From contig NC_068987.1 in assembly GCF_001194135.2 (NCBI RefSeq), positions 95,491,082 through 95,528,529 on the forward strand: a DNA stretch of 37,448 bases, in the 5' to 3' direction. This DNA comes from Octopus bimaculoides (lineage: Eukaryota). The notes beneath the pieces were generated by a model. It did not search any database. It worked only from the letters and a program-made list of their open reading frames with translations, and was not told the DNA's origin. The position numbers were made by a program, and so were the translations under genes. Below, one piece after another: positions 34,267-37,448 of the stretch. Position 1 is the first letter of the stretch. Each line of letters begins with the position of its first letter.

Positions 34267-34460
34267 AGGCCAGCAATTTCGGGTAAGAGGCGGGTCGATT
34301 ACATTAACCCAAGTATTCAACTGGTACTTATTTTATCGACTCCGAAAGGATGAAAGTTAAAGTGGACCTCGGCGGAATTTGAACTCAGAACGTAAAGACA
34401 GGAGAAATGCCGATAAGCATTTTGCCCGGCGTGCTAACAATTCTGTCGGCTCGACGCCTT
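34265..34460 (-). mobile_element. Family A SINE
   Basis: GGACCTCGGCGGAATTTGAACTCAGAACGTAAAGAC...TTTTGCCCGGCGTGCTAAC. Confidence 0.85.
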
Positions 34461-34599
34461 GTTTCTTTGCCTCCGGAACAAACCAGCCAATTGATTCTCG
34501 TCACTCCCAGGGTCTTCCGGAGTACATCGTCGCTCTTGCCCGCCACCAAACTTTTATAAAAGGCCCATTTGGAAATTCCATTGACTGCATTGCCCGACT

Positions 34600-34985
34600 G
34601 GCTTGAAGAATCTGTCTTGCGATTCTAATTACGTCACCGGAGCTATGTCCTCTTAATGCGGATAAATAACGGCTCAACCTGGAGGGACTTCCTGAACTCC
34701 GAACTACGCACCCAGTCGAGTAACGTTACTCCAGAGATGCTTCGGAGGAACCCCATGTCAGCCGTTTGCATTTGCGATCGTACTCTTTCGGTCATTATCC
34801 AACATTCATGACGATAGGTGAGGATAGACTCGAAAACCGAGCTGAAGATAGTGGATTTGGCTTCTTTTTTTTTTTATCAACGTTTCCTCTTTTGAGGATC
34901 GAATGCCAGTTGCAGCAATTCTATCATTTAATTCAATTTCTGCTTCCCATCGCTCGTGAGTACGGCCCTGGAATACTTAAATAAC
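34600..34985 (-). mobile_element. Decayed RTE-clade LINE fragment (RT C-terminal region)
   Basis: Minus-strand translation FKYSRAVLTSDGKQ...IFSSVFESILTYRHECWIMTERVRSQMQTADMGFLRSISGVTLLDWVRSSEFRKSLQVEPLFIRI matches the RTE pattern FKYLG..FTSDG...ILTYG.E.W.MTE....QAAEM.FLR. Confidence 0.8.
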
Positions 34986-36098
34986 AAAAGTAGAGCAACA
35001 GGACAATTTTCACAATGGGTTCAGCTGATAGCCGGATCCGTTCAAGACGTGATAGTTATTCTACATAAATCCGAAAATCTGACGTGGTCATGCAGATCAG
35101 TTTTGTTGTTCTGCGTTCATCTTATGACCTGCTAAAACAAGAAAAAGAAAAAAGATTACATAAATGTCTCTTTAAAGGAACTAACTGTAATAAACTGAGA
35201 TAGTAAGCCCGTTCTTTGGTAATTGGCTACAGGTAGAAGGAATGAGCTATTCTAAGTTAAGCAACTTAGTTACTATTGAAAATGTGTAAATCTAGCTTGT
35301 AGTTCGAAAACCTGGTTAACTTCAGTTTAAACAATCTTCATTATCTTAACTGTGAAAATTTCTTGATGAAAGTTAATTTTTCAGAATAATTTATTAGGCG
35401 GAAAGTTCCGGGAATAATCAGCATTCCTAAGAAATATCTTTTTCCGGTAATACGTTTATGTCTTTAATTTTTGGAATGTATTGTGTTTAATAATTAAACG
35501 AAAAATCTCAAGCCTTATTTTCATGATAATAGCTCCAAAATCCTGTCTCTCAATATGTACAGTTATTAAATCCATGAGATGGGCTGTCCAGAGTGAACAC
35601 TTTAGGATGGTTGGGCGGAGTCTATCTCTGAAACATTGCTAACATTAGAAAATTTTAAATATTGTAATCCCGAAACTAGTATTTTCTTTTGTAATCTTTT
35701 TCTTGGAAAAATTGCCGGAATATAATATTTATGAGAGATAATTTTCAATAAAACGGAGCAGGCCAAACAAAATTCTCGAGATCACAATATAAAAAGTACT
35801 TTGTTCAAATTAAGCATTCATATTGGTACTGGACTTTTTCACTAATATATAAAGAACTACAAAAACATTAGGGTCAAATTTTTGCTACTGCATTTATTTA
35901 AATAATTTATATGGTGATTTGTGAACAACACTAACGTCGGTTACAGGGTTTCAACGAACCAATCACTGTCGAAGTGCGTCCCTGGTAGATAAGCAAAGGG
36001 TTATCACCGAGTTTTCGGTTTATTGCCGATGTTTAGATGTTTTGCAGAGCCAATACATATAGGCGGAAGATACACAAACATACGCATGCATGCATGCT

Positions 36099-36099
<1 letters not shown>

Positions 36100-36159
<60 letters not shown>

Positions 36160-36314
36160 ATATATATATATACACATACATACGTTTGTATGTATCTACA
36201 TTCTACATACATATATATGTGTGTGTGTGCGTATGTATGTATGTATGCATGCATGCATGTATGTATGTATGTATGTATGTATGTATGTTTGTATGTATGT
36301 ATGGAGAGAGAGTA

Positions 36315-36347
<33 letters not shown>

Positions 36348-36363
36348 AAGAGAGGGAGAGAGG

Positions 36364-36440
<77 letters not shown>
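36100..36440. repeat. Compound (GT)n/(AT)n/(ATGT)n/(GA)n microsatellite
   Basis: Read directly from the sequence. Confidence 0.95.
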
Positions 36441-36441
<1 letters not shown>

Positions 36442-36968
36442 CGATAAAACACAGTTGCCATTGATCAACTTTCACTAACAAGGTACTGGTCCACTCGGAG
36501 CTTTAGTAGAAAAACTTCTCAAGGTACTGTTTAGAAATATTGAACCCGAAGCCACGCAGTTATGAAGCAAATTTATTGACAAAATAGATATACTATTCTC
36601 ACGGCATTTGATATCATGACCTCCTTGTATATGGTACCATGAAAATCTTCTGAATGAACAGAGTAATACAAGTTTCAGAGTTGTTTTGTCTGAATCTGAT
36701 CTTTTCTAATCCAATTTTCAAAATGTTCAATACAACGGCTTTGCATGGTCGAAGAGTATAGTGAGAGGTAAACGAGAAATGAAAAGGCAGATGGATCGGA
36801 TGGCTTTGGACGGATAGTGGTGGTATATATCTTACTAGGACAGACAAATAGAAACCGTTGTAGTATCAATAGAGAAAGTATGTGCTAGTGTGTATTGTGT
36901 TCGATGCGTTCAATGAAAACGAAAATCCGACGAGCATACACTATACGTCTGTATTCCAAGTGTAACAG

Positions 36969-37038
36969 CCGGAAACTGGCACGGCTTACCGGCGTGAAAA
37001 TTTTGACGCAGATGCAGAAAGGAAGGCGTCACTTCCTG
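36969..37038 (-). promoter_or_regulatory. Candidate promoter: ETS plus half-CRE composite and a second ETS-like site
   Basis: CAGGAAGTGACGC on the minus strand (37038-37026), CCGGAAAC (36969-76), and a locally CpG-rich context with GGGGCGTG near 37208. Confidence 0.4.
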
Positions 37039-37448
37039 CCAAAGGATTTTGCCCACTCGGCATGTATTCATGAATTTACTTATTTTATTTATTAGAATTC
37101 TTCCTAAAAATATGGACTTAGTTTCTAACAAAAAAAAAAAAAAGTTTTATCTCTGGAATTTAGATAACCTCAAATTTTCACTGTTCCATTTACAGACTGT
37201 ATCTATAAGGGGCGTGTTGGCCGGTTTTTTTTTTTCTTTGCTTGAAAATCCTAGCTTTTCCAGATTGTCACTTTGTAAAAGTTTTGGGTTCAGGGAACAT
37301 TTTTACCGCGCCCCGTTGCTAATACAAACATTTCATTTGACCAAATTCTAGCACTGTCATTTGTTCATTACCAATTTCATAACTATCTCCTGCTCCGGGA
37401 CTGAAAAACGCACAAACTTCGAAATGTGACTTTCATGTAAATATTATT

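Noticed and set aside
608-34460. Regularly recurring conserved motifs that could suggest a CRISPR array or tRNA genes
   Set aside because: The motifs are SINE bodies at irregular spacing on both strands. The tRNA-like heads have no complete cloverleaf or terminator and continue into SINE bodies.
5217-36481. Dozens of ORFs such as MCVCV, HTHTH, MYVCM, YIYIY, SLSLS, ERERE and poly-Y/V
   Set aside because: They are translations of di-, tri- and tetranucleotide microsatellites that lack stops.

Overview
This is AT-rich eukaryotic genomic DNA from a gapped short-read assembly, with about 15 N runs, most flanked by microsatellites. The SINE families and microsatellite load look like an octopus (coleoid cephalopod) genome; this comes from memory of such repeats and was not checked against a database. 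I found no intact, recognisable host protein-coding gene, rRNA, true tRNA gene or CRISPR array, and most ORFs in the track are microsatellite or N-gap artefacts. The window is a mosaic of: (i) about 30 tRNA-derived SINE copies or fragments from about 5 families (my labels A, B, C, D, H); (ii) decayed non-LTR retrotransposons, namely six or seven co-oriented R4/Dong-type pieces (RT and/or restriction-like endonuclease), several next to (TAA)n tracts, and one RTE-clade fragment; (iii) mariner (DD34D) remnants at 28.8-31.1 kb; and (iv) simple repeats. The most interesting observations are Penelope-type minimal hammerhead-ribozyme-like motifs (one in the tail of a tRNA-headed SINE), a 201-bp-arm ungapped foldback, a strand switch of family A SINEs near 17-18 kb, and two ETS-CRE composite promoter-like motifs with nearby splice signals. 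All host-gene and ribozyme calls are tentative.
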